DNA of 64,000 bases from the human T2T-CHM13v2.0 reference genome, Homo sapiens (GCF_009914755.1 NC_060939.1); one strand, 5' to 3'; positions 32,400-47,797 are shown, counted from the stretch's first letter. Program-made: numbers and translations. Notes: a model not told the origin generated them from the sequence alone.

Positions 32400-34270
32400 A
32401 AAATCTGATGGAAACTTCTGGTTAAAGGTAGAAAAAACTTAGTATTAATATTTGCCACCAATTGCTTTCCAAACCTCATGAAAATTAAAGAGATTTTTAA
32501 AGACATAAACCATAAGAACAAAGATACTGGATTAAAACTCAATAGCCAGTGAGCTGAGATCGCGCCACTGCACTCCAGCCTGGGCGACAGAGCGAGACCC
32601 CGTCTCAAAAAAAAAAAAAAAAAAAAAAAACTCAATAGCAACAAAATGTGGAGAGCTAGAAAGAAAATAATAGAATGGTAAATGACATAGAAGACATAAA
32701 AAAGCTGAGTTTTTGGCCAGGAATACCGAAGCCTGAGAACAACCTACTTAACATTGCAGAACTCTTGAAACATTCAGAATTCCACAACACAAGGTTCCTC
32801 TGGAAGTGGCTTGAAGGCAGGGCCAGAAATGGCAAGATTGATTAGAAATTTGGTAATAGAACTTTAAAACTATCATTAATATCTTTAGATAGATTTAAAA
32901 AATGTTGCACCTACGCAAGAATAAAAGGATGTAATCTATAAGGGAAGTTTAAGAATAAATAATGGTTTTTGGAAATTAATAAGCAAGAGAGCATGAATTA
33001 AAAAAAAAACAGCGGAAGGATCAAATTCCAAATAAAACAAAATAATAAGGTGGGCAGATCCCCACCATCACTCTGTGCAGTTGCGCCACTGCCCTTCCTA
33101 ATTCTGGAAGAAGAATAAAGCTGTAGTTTTTTGGAGACAACAAGCTGATGATCATTGACTGGGAATTGTAAGCATTCTGCACTACAACTGGGGAGATTAA
33201 GACAGTGCGTTTCAGGATACCTGAAGCTTGAGTGCCCTGCCTTTGTTGGATCTGAGAATGCGGTCATCCAGATTTTCACGCAGGAAGCATTAAACTGAGT
33301 CATCTATTTTGCAGCCCAAAAGACTTAAGAAACTGTAATTTTTGTTGCCTAACAAGGCACCCAGCCAGGTGATCCTAAAGTGAAAACCCAGAGGATAAGT
33401 CTTGCCCATCAGCTCAGTCTTCCCACTGAAATTCTGTATTTCTCCTTAAATCTGAGTTGGCTGCTAAAACGTTTAAGAAAAGTCTCTGATGGGAAAGCAG
33501 GAGGCCAAGACAAACAGAAAAGGGCCACATATAACAAAAACTGGCAGAAAAAGAGAACTTTAAAACTATCATTAATACCCTAGATAGATTTAAAAAAAAA
33601 AGACGTTACAGCTACAAAAGAACAAAAGGATGCAATCTATAAAGGAAGCTTGAGAATAAATAAAGGCTTTTGGAAATTAAAAGCAAGAGAGCATAAATGG
33701 AAAAAAAATGTGGAAGGATCAAAGATAAAGCCACAGGAATCTCCTAGAAAGCAGAAGAAAATATAAAACATGTAAAATAGGCATGAAAAATAAGAACATT
33801 AAAGGAAAATTCCAAATAACAAAAAGACCCAAGGAGAAAGAAAATGCATGGAGGAAGTCATCAACGACATGATTGCAACATTTTTTTTTTCCAGAACTGA
33901 AGTACATAAAATTCCGGCATAAATGGTCTACCAAGTGTCCAGCACAGCGTATGAAAATACACCCACACCACATAATGCCTTTGAAAATTTAAAACAGCAG
34001 GGCAAGGAAAAGCTTCAGGAGAAAAAAACGGTTTCAAATAGCCACATTAGAAGAAAGGGAAGACAGGAAATAGGTGTCAGAAAAATCAGAACATAGCAAT
34101 AGAAGCATGTTATTTAGAGATAGGTAAACAAAAAGAATCTGAATTTAAAAGTGTGAACATGTTTTCTCCCAAGAAACCGAACAGAAGAAAGAGGTCTAGA
34201 GGATCATAGCCTTGTAGAATATTTGCCATGTTAAACTATTTCCATGCATATTTTGATGAAATTAAAAACT
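32400..34270 (+). mobile_element. HAL1-like (ORF1-only L1 derivative) element
   Basis: ORF1-like CCAAGTGTCCAGCACA...CCCACACC...AAGCTTCAGGAGAAAAAA, followed within ~300 bp by a HAL1-type 3' end (AGCCTTGTAG..TATTTG...AAACTAT..CATGCATA). Confidence 0.55.
32547..32626 (+). mobile_element. Severely 5'-truncated young Alu (last 60 nt plus A-tail), probably AluY
   Basis: CAGTGAGCTGAGATCGCGCCACTGCACTCCAGCCTGGGCGACAGAGCGAGA; TSD AAAACTCAATAGC at 32534-32546 and 32627-32639; TT/AAAA nick site. Confidence 0.9.
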
Positions 34271-36477
34271 AATAGAAAAAGAGAGAGCCAAAACCAAAAT
34301 CCTTCTGCACATCATCCCGCACAAAGCTTTCGTTAAAATACCACTTTTAGCATTTTTTCTCTATTTTTTAGCCTTCAATAATTCCCATTTAGAATTTGTA
34401 TTTCTGATATAAATCACCAAAAATGTGATTTCATAGCTGCTTTTCTTCGACCTAAAACATTTATTCTAGTCAGACTGTTATTAGTAACTCTTAAATGTAA
34501 GAAAGTATGCATCTTTCATTATTCTCTCTTCACAATATGAATCAAATTCTAATTTTTCTCTTTTATACCGACATCCAGCACACACTCTTAGCTCTCTTCT
34601 TTGAATTATTCTATATGCATATTCTAATGTGTTTTACATCACTTTCTAATTCTCACGTGTCAGTTCTATTCATGACTGCCAAGTAGATGTATGATACTCC
34701 TCATGTATCCAAACAGGATTTGAAACTACATACACTATAAATTCCAAAGCATTGTTTGTGAATCAGGAATGAATACATACACACACACACACATACATAC
34801 ATATATGCATACATGCAGGCAGGAAGCTAATGAATGGTAAGTAAATGTCCAATTTAAACTTGTTGAAATTTTAAAAACGATACACATTTTCAACTTTAAA
34901 GAAAGGGTATGTTATCCTAGAATTTGCAATTTTCCAGGGTTTTTTCTTTGAACTGAGATATTCTTAGGTATTTGTAACCCTCACATTTTATGGCCTCCAT
35001 AGGCTTAAGAAATGAGGAATCAATATGTAATTGAAACTTCTAGAGTCTAGTCCATAATAATCTTAGGAACCACAAAAATCTCAGGAATCCTATGACCATG
35101 GGTAAGTTTTATAATATTTTCTAGATATTTTTCCAGTGGTAAAATTTGCAGTTGAGAAATAATTTCAAGTGCCATAACAAGTCATTTTCCAGCTGAAAAA
35201 GAAACATGAAAGCATCCCCTGTTACGAGAGAAATGAGAGGCTAATATCCAATCACTCGAGTGCTCACTAAAGGGTCTTCTGAAGGGGTCACTTGCCAGGG
35301 TGAATAGTTTGCTTAGCCTTGGTGACAAGCTGGTATCCTCTCCTTTATTATTCTCTTCCTTAGCCAAACCACAAACATTCAGGTTTAATCACATTTGTAG
35401 TCTGAGCCAATAACCATATCCTTCCACCCACAACACACACACACACAAAGAAGCTAAAATATTGATCCCTTCCTATGCTCTAAAATTGTTTAAAATGTTC
35501 ATTTATATTTTCTGTCATCTCTAGTTTACCTTATTTAAATACGATGATACAAATTAGGTCTTCATATTTTAACCAACAAAACTTCATCCAAATAAAACTC
35601 AAAAGAGAATTTTTTTTTTAACAGAGATAGTGGATTATTAACTACCATTTAACTAGAGTTAATGGATATGAAGGAAGCCGCACAAATAATTACAGCAGAT
35701 TGGTAATAACGTACAGCCAGGTGAGGAAGATAACACACTTGGTCCACACCTGGAAAGCGGGATCTAGTATACGTGTAGTGCACCTCAGGGATGCGGCCCC
35801 TCCTCAACCACTGAGTCACCATGGGGTCCTCTGTGAAAGTCACATGAACCTGAGACTCAGATTATTTACGACAAAAAATACATTTGATTATTTGAGAAAT
35901 AATGACTACCATTTATTCTATCCACTTCTGTTAACTAAGACCTTTCCTAAGCAATGAATATTTTATCTTGTCTAGTTGTAACAGCAAACCTCTGAGATTA
36001 TTCTGCTCTGATGAAAATGAGGCCTAGAGAAGTTCAGTCATTTCGCCATATTCACATAAAGTAGAGGAGCTAGGATTTCTACTCAGTTCCTTTTAATCCC
36101 ACTCTATGTTATGAGTACAGACAGAAAAATGGGTTAAAAAAAGACTTTTATTCTCAAAAGCACAAAACAACTTTTAGGATGGGAGGAGCAGAATTTTCAT
36201 ATCTATTTTGTTAATAACACAGAGATTGTGTGTTCAGTGACAACTGGAATTAAGATGACATCTCACATTATTTAACTTTTAGTTTAAAAATATTACATCA
36301 GAAATGCTTACCACCAGAGCTTGGAGATCACCTAATTCGGTAATATCATTATATATGGTTAAGATTCTAAGGCCCTCAGAGAAGGAGGTATTTCCTTAAG
36401 GGTACATGAAGCCAGGACTGGCCTGAAACCTGACTGACCCCCAAGCAGTTCAGTGCTCTCTCCTCTGCAGAGGGCAA

Positions 36478-36505
36478 TGTCTGTCTGTCTCTCTCTCTCT
36501 CTCTT

Positions 36506-36552
<47 letters not shown>
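36478..36552. repeat. Compound microsatellite (TGTC)(TC)n(CA)20
   Basis: Directly visible. Confidence 0.95.
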
Positions 36553-36555
<3 letters not shown>

Positions 36556-37244
36556 CTACATACTACATACTCTGATAGTTCTAATATTCAGCATCTTTTG
36601 ATTAATAGGGAAATACTTCTCTTTTTAAAGTTCAGAGGAGGTGATAGCATGCCCATTTCTCTTTTTAATTTTCCACTGTTCACAGTACAATGGAGAGAAT
36701 TTGACAGAGATTGACAGTGGCAGCACCCACTGCAATGGCAAAGACCTGTCAAGGGTGGGATCAGAAAAGAGGCCAACATAAAAATATTTGTAATTTTCTG
36801 CTTCTAAATGGTACTTCTATGCTGCCGCTGATGAAATCCACCCCTTCTCCCAGCCGTTGGCCCCTTCCATTTGTCCCCAGTGCTATTACCTTAGTATATC
36901 TTTCATTCCAAATTTCTAAAGCAAAAGATATGCTTGATGCTTACAACATTTTGCTGAGCCAAACAGAAAAATAGAGAGTGAAGGTTAGAGAAGGAGGAAG
37001 AAAAGTGAAACTTTTTGTTCATGCCAACAACAAAACCACTTACTGCTTTCAGCAATATCATTTTCTATTCACAGTCTATGTAGGAATCATGAATTCACTA
37101 CTGCATTCCCTGGGGTGAAACTCAGCAGTCACAATAGCCAAACAGCTCAAAAAGTTAACTTATGGTGAGCAAAAAGAAAAGAATGCTTATGTCAGCCCAA
37201 ACTGCCAAAGTAGTGGCACATCAGACTTAGACTCAGTCAGAGAA

Positions 37245-37415
37245 ATCACAGAGTCTGAGACCTGGAAGGAATTTTAGATAACAACTCCAATCCCCACATT
37301 TTCAACCCAGGGAAACCAAGGCTGGCAAAAGTTAAATGCTTGGTCCAAAATCACACAGGGTTGGAGCTAGAAATAAAACCCAGGTTTCAAAATCCCACTC
37401 TGCTTTTATTCCACT
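37245..37415 (-). mobile_element. MIR/MIR3 SINE
   Basis: CTGGAAGGAATTTTAG...CATTTT...GGAAACCAAGGC...AATCACACAG...AACCCAGGT. Confidence 0.7.
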
Positions 37416-37969
37416 AGAACTAATATGTCCTATTAGGCTCCGTTGCTCAGTCCTTTTATGTTGACACTAAGAAGGATGACTACCATGCCTCCACCTAGAG
37501 TTTCTTACTGCACGGTGAGAAACAGACCCTCCTAAGCTAGGCAGGAGATCCCAGTTCATTAACAAGAAGTGAGACTCTATTTCCTATCACCTTGAGATTG
37601 CAAGGTATATACTGTCGGTGAGGCACATCAACAGGGCAGGAAGTAGACACAACTGTTAAAAAATATCCCTTGTCCTTCTGAGATTCTGGAAAAATTAGGG
37701 ATATGATCATAACCCACAACAGGTGCCACAGAAGCTTAGAAAGCTACTACTAGAAAGGAAAAATTGATACATTTTTACATAATTCATGCATTCACGTACC
37801 ATTTGCCAGGAACTGTGCCATGCACTTTTACATTGTTTTATACTTTTACATTGTTTAAAATTGCCAACATCCTTGAGATGTAGGAATAATTAGTACAGTG
37901 AACACAGTAGGTTGCCTACCTTTTCTTTTGTCTTTTTAACAAAGCATTTCTCAGTATCCTTAAAAATTT

Positions 37970-39720
<1,751 letters not shown>

Positions 39721-39942
39721 ATAAACCCAAAATCACCCTATAGAAGAGTGACAGAATAGAGTATCAGAAATAGATACTAGACTTCTCTGAATATCCTTTT
39801 TTTTTTTAGACTTGGAACTCTATTTTATTTGATTCTAAAACCAAATGAAATTAATTTTAATTCCTAAAAACAAACAAACAAAAACCAGAAACAAACAAAC
39901 AAACAAACCTAACAGTATCGCTAGTTGGTGACAAAACCACTG

Positions 39943-40640
39943 GGTAGGGAAGAATTAATTTTACCCAAAGAAAAATCTTGCCTTTGCTCTCAGCTACTGA
40001 GAGACGATGTCTAGCCTTCCTGGAATTGATTGCATAATAGGAACGTCTTCGCCTGGGGGCTTTGGCCACTGGACAGTCTAACAGTGTGATTTGTTATGGA
40101 AACTGTGAGCCATGACACATCAGTTCTAACCTTCAGAGCAACTTGAGACTGTAAAAGCTTCAGTCTGTCCTCCAGGAGATGGAGCCACCAGAGTAGTTTA
40201 TGATCAAGCCCCAATAAAAACTGTGGACACCAAAGGCTCAGGTGAGCTTCCTTGGTTGACAGTATCCTTTGAGTACTGGTCCACATCATAGCAAGGAGGA
40301 TGTAATGCCATATAGGACATCATGGAGAGGGAATAGCCAGAAACTTTGGACTGGACCTTCCCAGACTTCAACTTATATGTCATTCCCTTTTACTGATTCT
40401 GATTTTTATCATTTTATTGTAATAAATCTGTTATCATAAATACAGAGTTTGAGTTCTGTGAGTCATTCTAGTAAATCACTAAACCTGAAGGTGGTCCTCA
40501 GAATGTCTGAGTTTGTAGCCAGCTTAACTGAAATGAGGGTGGCCTTGAGAACCCATGAAATTGTGGCCAGTGTTAGAAGTGAGGGAAGTATTGTGGAGAC
40601 AGTTTCCTCAGACTTTGCAGTTTGGCTAAACATCTATGTA
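39943..40640 (+). mobile_element. MER77/MER21-group ERVL LTR with flanking internal start
   Basis: GTAGGGAAGAATTAATTTTACCCAAAG...CCCCAATAAAAACTGTGGACACCAAAGGCTCAGGTGAGCTTCC...GAGTTCTGTGAGTCATTCTAG. Confidence 0.75.
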
Positions 40641-41705
40641 ACCACATAGAGCTCAACTATTTTAAACGACTAAAACATAGTAATTATCACTAGGAGATTT
40701 TTTAAAATACAAATAAAAAGTTAATCTGTATTTAGTAAATTGTATTGTTGGTTGTAGTATTGGTTTATAAGAACTTCCGAGATATGACCCATTCATTAGC
40801 AGTCTTATTTTATGTAGGTATGAGTCTATATCCAAAGCCTTGCCATAATAAACTATGTCAGCCTGGCTATGTTCCAAGAGATAAATTTGTGTATAAAATA
40901 CACCTCATGACATTTATCCAGATGTTTCAATAACCCAAAAATTTAATGATAATAATAACAATGATAGAAAAAGTTTTTGGAGCATTTGATATGTGCCTGG
41001 CGTTACATGCTTTACATACATTATCACATTAAATTCTCACCAAAATCCTATATTATTAATCCACTTAAGATTGTCTTATTACAGTATTACTCATTAATTT
41101 CCTTGAGCTGACAGCACTTTATAAAACAGAATAACCAAAATTGGCGCCACAGGTCTCAATGTCAAGCTTCTTAGAAAGGCATTGAATTGTAGCCCTAACA
41201 CATGCCAAGTATTACTACTGCTCTTCTAAAGGATTTTTTTCTGTACAGTGAAAAATGGGAAAAAATACATAAGCAGACATTAAAAACAGAATAAATGTGG
41301 TACATTCTGATAGCAAGGTCTCAGTGTCTCCATCACCCTTTTCTTCTCTTTACCCCAGTCACCCCATATCATGAGAGTGAGAAATGGCTCATCATGTGAG
41401 GCCAAACAGCAATTAGCTTCTCAGCATGCTTCTGGAAACAAAGACTTTTGGAAGCAAAGACTTTGTCCCCTTTAAGTATCTTCATTTCTGAAATATCACT
41501 TTTTCCTTCAATAATTTTAATTTTGTTTGGTGGATTATTTCAATGTCTTGATCAACAGTGAGGAAAAAAATGTCAGAAATGGTATAAAATGCATACGAAC
41601 ACAGCTCATCAGGGCTTGAAAACAGTATATAGGATCTTCGGCACTCTAATCTCAACTTTGCCTTAGAGATAACCTAATTTAACATGTGCATTTTACAGAT
41701 ATATA

Positions 41706-42071
41706 CAGATGTTCCTCAACTTATGATGGGGTTATATCCTGATAAACCTACCTTATGTTGGAAATATCACAGATCAAAAATGCATTAAATACATCTAACC
41801 TACCAAATATCATAGATTAGCCTAATCTACCTTAAACTTGCTCAGAACACTTACATTAGCTGAAAGTTGGGCAGAATCATCTAACATAAAGCCTATTTTA
41901 TAATGAAGTATTGACTGTATCATGTAATTTATCAAGTACTGTACTGAAAGTGAAAAACAGAATGGTTGTATGTGTACTCAAAGTACAGTTTTTATTGAAT
42001 GTATATTGCTTTAACACCATCATAAAGTTGAAAAATTCTAAGTCATACTATCATAAGTCAGGGACTGTCTG
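41706..42071 (+). mobile_element. Full-length MER47A TcMar-Tigger element
   Basis: TIRs CAGATGTTCCTCAACTTATGATGG ... TCATAAGTCAGGGACTGTCTG, flanked by TA on both sides; 366 bp. Confidence 0.92.
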
Positions 42072-42119
42072 TATCAATATACATATGTATATATACCCAG
42101 CTGATTCACTCTCCAACTC

Positions 42120-43000
42120 TTTGGATGACAATTTCTCATTATCTCCTCTCTCTTTAAACCTTAAACATCACTTCTACTTTTCCTTATTCTCAGCTGATTA
42201 AGTAGATTCTTACTTCACTGGAAAACAGAAGCAAGGAGAAGATAATATCCCCATATTCCTACCATCAAATGTACTTACCTATCTGAATCTACTCATGTGC
42301 TCTGCATAGCCTCCTCTTCTAGTGGGTTAACAGTCTGTGTTCTATTTAATGCTGACCCCTCCACTGAACTAGGTCCCATCCCCTCTCACCTACTTTGGGA
42401 CTTTGTCCCTGCAATTATTTCCCTCTTTTCTGCATCATCCATTTTTCTCTCTCCTGGATAATGCTCCACACACCAGCTAGAGTAATCTTTTAAAAATATT
42501 TATTAGATTACTTTCCTGTTCTCTACCACCTTATGGTTTCTCATACCTAAAATAAGATCCAAAGACCACGCAACCTCCACCCCAGCCCCCTATCACTTTT
42601 CTGCCTTCTTTATTCTATTCCTCACACCACAAGCTAATTCTCACCATGGGGCTTTGTTCTTCCTTCAGATCATTTCTTCTGAAATAATTTCACTTCCTTC
42701 TTTCATGCAAGCCATTACTCAAAGTGTTACCTCCTCAAAATGAGCTCCCTTGACCCCCTTATATAAAGTAGCATCTGACCATGAGCTTTTACCACCCTAC
42801 TTAATAATTTTTCACAGCATTTATCATTTTTTGACACTATTTAAACTATGGATTTACTTATTTATTGTCTGCCACTCATGCTAAAATGTCATTTAAGGAT
42901 AGGAAATTTATATTTTGTTCATTAGTATATGCACAACCTAACACAGTATAAGCACAGAGCAGACACTGAATGAGTATGTGATGTCAGAATGAATTAATAA
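42120..43000 (+). mobile_element. L2a LINE 3' portion
   Basis: CTTACTTCACTGGAAAACAGAAGCAA; GGTCCCATCCCCTCTCACCTACT; CACACCAGCTAGAGTAATCTTTTAAAA; GAATGAATTAAT tail. Confidence 0.75.
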
Positions 43001-44554
43001 ACATAAAATGTGTACATACAGGGCTTCGTTGTTATCACTTAAGAACAAATTCCATGACATATATATTATATAAACAATTCAAATAGTATATGTAAGCACA
43101 TACCGAGAGAACATATAAGTTCTTTCCATTAAAATATATTCATTTTCACATTAAAAAATGAGATAAAAAAACTCATGTCTCATTTAATTATTTTAAAAAT
43201 CTCTCCTACTATGTCAATATTGGGCATTTTGTTTCTATTTGATAAAAAGATTGACGATAAGAAATAAAAATATATAATATTTATAGGTGCCATTTAGTAT
43301 TGGTTCCTATAGCTTAGATGCAAATTATTTGCTTAAAAGACACATGATTAGTTAATAAAAAATGAAAGCAAAATATTATTCCTCTGTATTGTTCCATTAA
43401 CTAGTTGTGTGAACTGCTGAGCTAGATGCTATTTGAAGTCCCTTGCAGTTATAACACTCTATGAAACTATGAATTTTTTTACGGCACACACAAATTATCT
43501 AAAGTCACTCAGTTATCACTAACAAAAAACATAAATGATAAAATAGTGACCTGTTGATTCTTTATCTGTTCAAGATGCTCAAAATGGACTGGAAAAATCC
43601 TACTTATCTTTAGAAAGAAAATAAAAGCTAAGGCTTCATTCCAATAGCCAACCAGCATTGAATTTACAATCAGTTTAGCAAGGGGGTGGAAAATATTGTC
43701 AATTTTTCATTACTTCAGAAAATTCTTACGTAAAGCTACATGAGATCATCACATTTCAAGTTCTGTTTGTTTCTTTTCTTGTTCTCTATCTCTGCAGTGA
43801 TTTGCCTAAGTTTTGGCTGAGAAGCCATGGGATTTCTACATTGCTATACATCTCACACTCCCTCCAACACTACTTTTCCAAATTGATGTATGTCTTGTAT
43901 ATTTAGATCTTTGTCAAAACACGTATTACTCATACCCTCCTGGTCTGGTGATAAAAACTAAAGAAAGGAACTTATCCAGGGATCTAAGCCATGTTTTCCT
44001 CTCCTATAATGAACACAAGCTCACTTGTCTGTCAGGAAAACCAGCACCCTTCAGCCTTAATATTGACTTGAACCTCAGTCAGATCAAGTCCAACCAAAGA
44101 GTGCCAGAATCACATATTCACATGCTTCTGCAAGCACCAGGTCAAATATTACTTTATTTATAGAGTTTTCTCCATAAACTTCAAGGACAAAGAAGGAAGG
44201 GTTAGAGGCATAAAATAAAGTGGTCTTCCAAAAGTAGAAGTTTCTTTGAAGACTTATAATTTACTTTAAAACTGAATTTGAATTTACATTCTATAATATA
44301 ACTGTTATGTTAACATTTAATGTTTTAATTATCATAAATAAAAACAATTGCTAATTTTCCTTACAGTTGATGGTAAAATTATGTATTGAGTCTATCAGTT
44401 TAGGATAGCTGGGCTGAGATGAAGCAAGCTGGTTTAGTATCTAAGCACTGCTTCTTTTTTGACTTAACATCACACTGCTTTGAGATCCTAGACTCACATA
44501 AACGTGTGAATACAAATGGCAAAACTCTTTTTAATGCTTTTTGAGTTATTTCAG

Positions 44555-44653
44555 GAAAAATCACTGCAATGTTATGACCAGAATGCTGCCAAAGAGGTGG
44601 CAGAGTGCTTGATACTCATAGAGGGAATTTAAATAGTGGTATCTTACTACAAG
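44555..44653 (+). other. Candidate non-coding exon (99 nt)
   Basis: Acceptor CTCTTTTTAATGCTTTTTGAGTTATTTCAG|G and donor AAG|GTAAGT in unique DNA; stops in all frames. Confidence 0.3.
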
Positions 44654-45124
44654 GTAAGTTCCTGTGTGTCTTATTATAAAATTGAAATTTCTGTGGTACA
44701 TTCTGTTCTATCTCAAAGAAATATTTATCAAAGCCTTTTTCAGTAAATAAAAATTCTTTTAATTATGTTCTGTAATTGATGCAGATTCTTAAATTTTTCT
44801 TAGTTGTAAATGAATTAAGTCACATGAAACTCATAGTCCCTACATCAATTTTCTTCATTCAACTTTCAAATTTCAGTTTCAGTTCAACTATGTCAAGTAA
44901 TGTAAAACCATTTAGAGTTCTACCATATTGATATGGATTGAAAGAGTCAGCTAAATAAGTAAATGTGGTCAGCCACTTTTTACCATAAGGCTGAGAAATG
45001 TATTCATTCTCTTCAGGGTTTTTACCATGTACTATGTATGATGCCTTATTTTCTCCAATTTAAAACACACACAGGCACATCAAATCAAGTCACCTTCTGC
45101 ACTTTGTCCATGCTAAGTCTATGT

Positions 45125-45345
45125 AATAATGATTATAATGATACCTGACATTTATATTTACTATGAGACAGGATATGTAATTGCTTTATATACATTGTCT
45201 ATTTAATTCAATTCTTTAAGTAACCTTATTAGTAGGTATAATGATTACCTGCATTTTACATACGAAAAATCCAATATTTAATGGTAGAAACAGGATTCTA
45301 ACTCAAGCCCTCCAGAGTTTAAACTGTAACCATCATATTATACTG
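45125..45345 (-). mobile_element. MIR SINE
   Basis: ACATTTAT..TTTACTATG...TAACCTTATTAGTAGGTA...CATTTTACATACGAAAAA...CAGGATTCTAACTCAAG. Confidence 0.65.
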
Positions 45346-45864
45346 CATCCATCTATTTAGAAAAAAGAAACTTTCAATGTCACTTCCCATTTCATTTATA
45401 AATTTGCTGGGCTAAAAATGATGACTGTGTGAATGTTTCAAGCCTTTCATTTTTCTCCTTTCTCTGTTTGTTGGATGGATTTCTAGCTTTGCTTTATTTA
45501 GTTTTTTTTTTTTTTTTTTTGCTGTCTCCTGCCCTTAAAGGAGTCCTTTCCTCCCTAATCATTTCTTAGACCTTTGTGAATTGGAGGAAAGTAATGGTGA
45601 GAAAATAAGACAGCAAGTGTTTCACAGGTCTGAGGTATAGAAGGGGTTTTCTGAAAATTTTGAGAGGAGAAGAAAAGGAGTAACTATGGCCTATAGGGAT
45701 AGTTACGAGAAAGAAACAAAAACTGCTATGCTATTATACCACTCTTCATTTTGTCCAATAAACAAGAAATATTATTTTAAAATTATTTTTGGTTGCTGGG
45801 GCCATGTTCTTTGGACCAGAGTAGGACTGGGATCCAATTGTGAAGGTTGAAATTTTGTAAGCAA

Positions 45865-46148
45865 TTTATTTGATTAATTTTAATTAACAAATAATAATTA
45901 CATATTCATGGAGTACATTGTTACATTTTGATACATACAATGTACAGTGATCAGACCAGGGTAACTGGAATATCCATCATCTCAAGCATTTGTCATTTCT
46001 TGGTGTTGGGAATGTTCAATATCCTCCTATTCAATTATAGCTAAATGAAACTATACGTTAGTGTTAACTATAGTCATCCTACAGTGGTATAGAACATTAG
46101 AACTTATTCTTCCTATTTAGCTATAATTTTATATTTTTTAAACAAATC
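45865..46148 (-). mobile_element. L1MA (MA4-5 type) 3' end
   Basis: CATATTCATGGAGTACA...GTGATCAGACCAGGGTAA...TATAGTCATCCTACAGTGGTATAGAACATTAGAACTTATTC. Confidence 0.85.
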
Positions 46149-46792
46149 CATAACAAATTTTCTAAAATGAAATTTTTTCAAACCATTGTGTTAAATAAAT
46201 ATTGCCTTTTAGCACCTTGCTGTATACATCAAAAAAATCAAGAGGTCAACTTTTGGAGCTTGGTGTTCTGCTTGAAACTGTGGTGGCTGCTGTCAGGGAG
46301 AGGGCAGCATGACCTTCACAGCAGCTTTTCATATCCTGGGTTTTTCCCCATCTGGGCTCAGTTGCATGCACATCTTTTCCCAGTCAACATCATGATTTTG
46401 AAATTACTTATTGGCAGAACACTTCTTTGCCACTTATTGCAACACTAAATATTCATCAAATTAGCATGGCTTCATATATGCCATCAATACAAATGTAAAG
46501 CATAAGGATTAATATGAATACATGTTTTCATGCCACATATTAAAGAACTAGGTTAACTTCAATTTTTCAAATAGTTGTTCATGAATACATTTAAGACCAC
46601 AATAAATGCATCATTTGAACATTCAGTAACAGCAACTCTTTGAGTCTATTTCTTCTTTGGACAGATTTGACCAGATATACATCATTGAATTTTTCTTTGT
46701 TATTTGAGAATCACTTTCCATGGTAATTCTGAAATTGACCTTGAAGGAGGCTGTGATAATTTCTGTTGTTGTTTTTTACTGTGGAAGTAACT

Positions 46793-47273
46793 GCAGTAGA
46801 TGCTGTGTGTGCCCTCCCTTCCCCACTTTCTGGCCATTCTTCTTTGTACACTGAAGGCTGCTTACTGGAAACACCTCCAAGTCTCTGCCTGAGATCTTCT
46901 TCCTGGATGTAGGAGCACACTCACTGAGGGACCAGGATGAGCTACAAGTCTCAAACAGTAAGAGCTCATAGACATAGTTTCAAATATGACAGATGGAAGC
47001 AGTGGTTAAATACCCTAGTTTTCCTGGCCCCTCTGTCATGCTGACTCTGAGGTGTGCTCCATACTGTATCCCAGAATTCCCAGAGGACTTGCACCTCAGT
47101 TTTCCACATTCCATATACCTTAATAATACACTCTTTCCCCTTATTGTTTCACTACATTTTCTTGACTCATTTGCCTACTCTCCAGTAACGTCTTCCAAAA
47201 TCACTTCCCAGTTAAACTACTTGCACTCAAAACCTTGTCCTGTGGTTGACTTCCAGAAGAAGCTAAATTGAGA
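46793..47273 (+). mobile_element. LTR16A-type ERVL solo LTR
   Basis: GTAGATGCTGTGTGTGCCC...AAATACCCTAG...ACTCTGAGGTGTG...CACTTCCCAGTTAAACTACTTGCACTCAAA. Confidence 0.75.
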
Positions 47274-47797
47274 AACTATTTTTACTTATATTTTTATAAA
47301 CCAAAATTAGAGTGGTTGATTGCAATTGCAGAAAGAAGATGAACATATTTATAGGCACCAATGATGTTTTATATAATCAAAATATTTTTAAATGTTGCCT
47401 TGTAATGAGATTAATTTTCTTTAATCAAGGAATACATATATATAAATAAATAAGTATATATATATGTATATATATGCATATGCATATAACTGTTTGGACC
47501 CCTGCAGGCCTGGTGAAAAATTCACACATTTATATGGCAATATTTGTTATTTTGAAGATAAGCCTTAATGGCATTGGCTAATCACATCGGCATAATGATT
47601 TTACCATAGTGCTTCAACGTGTTAACCTGTTCATGATAATTCTGCAGTGTTTGATAGCACTGCACAACTCCATACCACAGAACTAAATTTTAATTAACTG
47701 CAGAAATCCTTTCTTCACTGAGTTGCTACCTTTGCTTTCGCATGCATGCAATAAAACTTTCTGAAGAGTTTAGAAAATCAGAACACCTACCTATGAT

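Noticed and set aside
34717-34836. Possible + exon ending ATG|GTAAGT
   Set aside because: The acceptor is weak and the body is partly a CA/TACA microsatellite.
36464-36476. CTCF-like motif TCTGCAGAGGGCA (similar partial matches near 19753 and 44590)
   Set aside because: Mismatches at 5' core positions; such matches are expected by chance without ChIP data.
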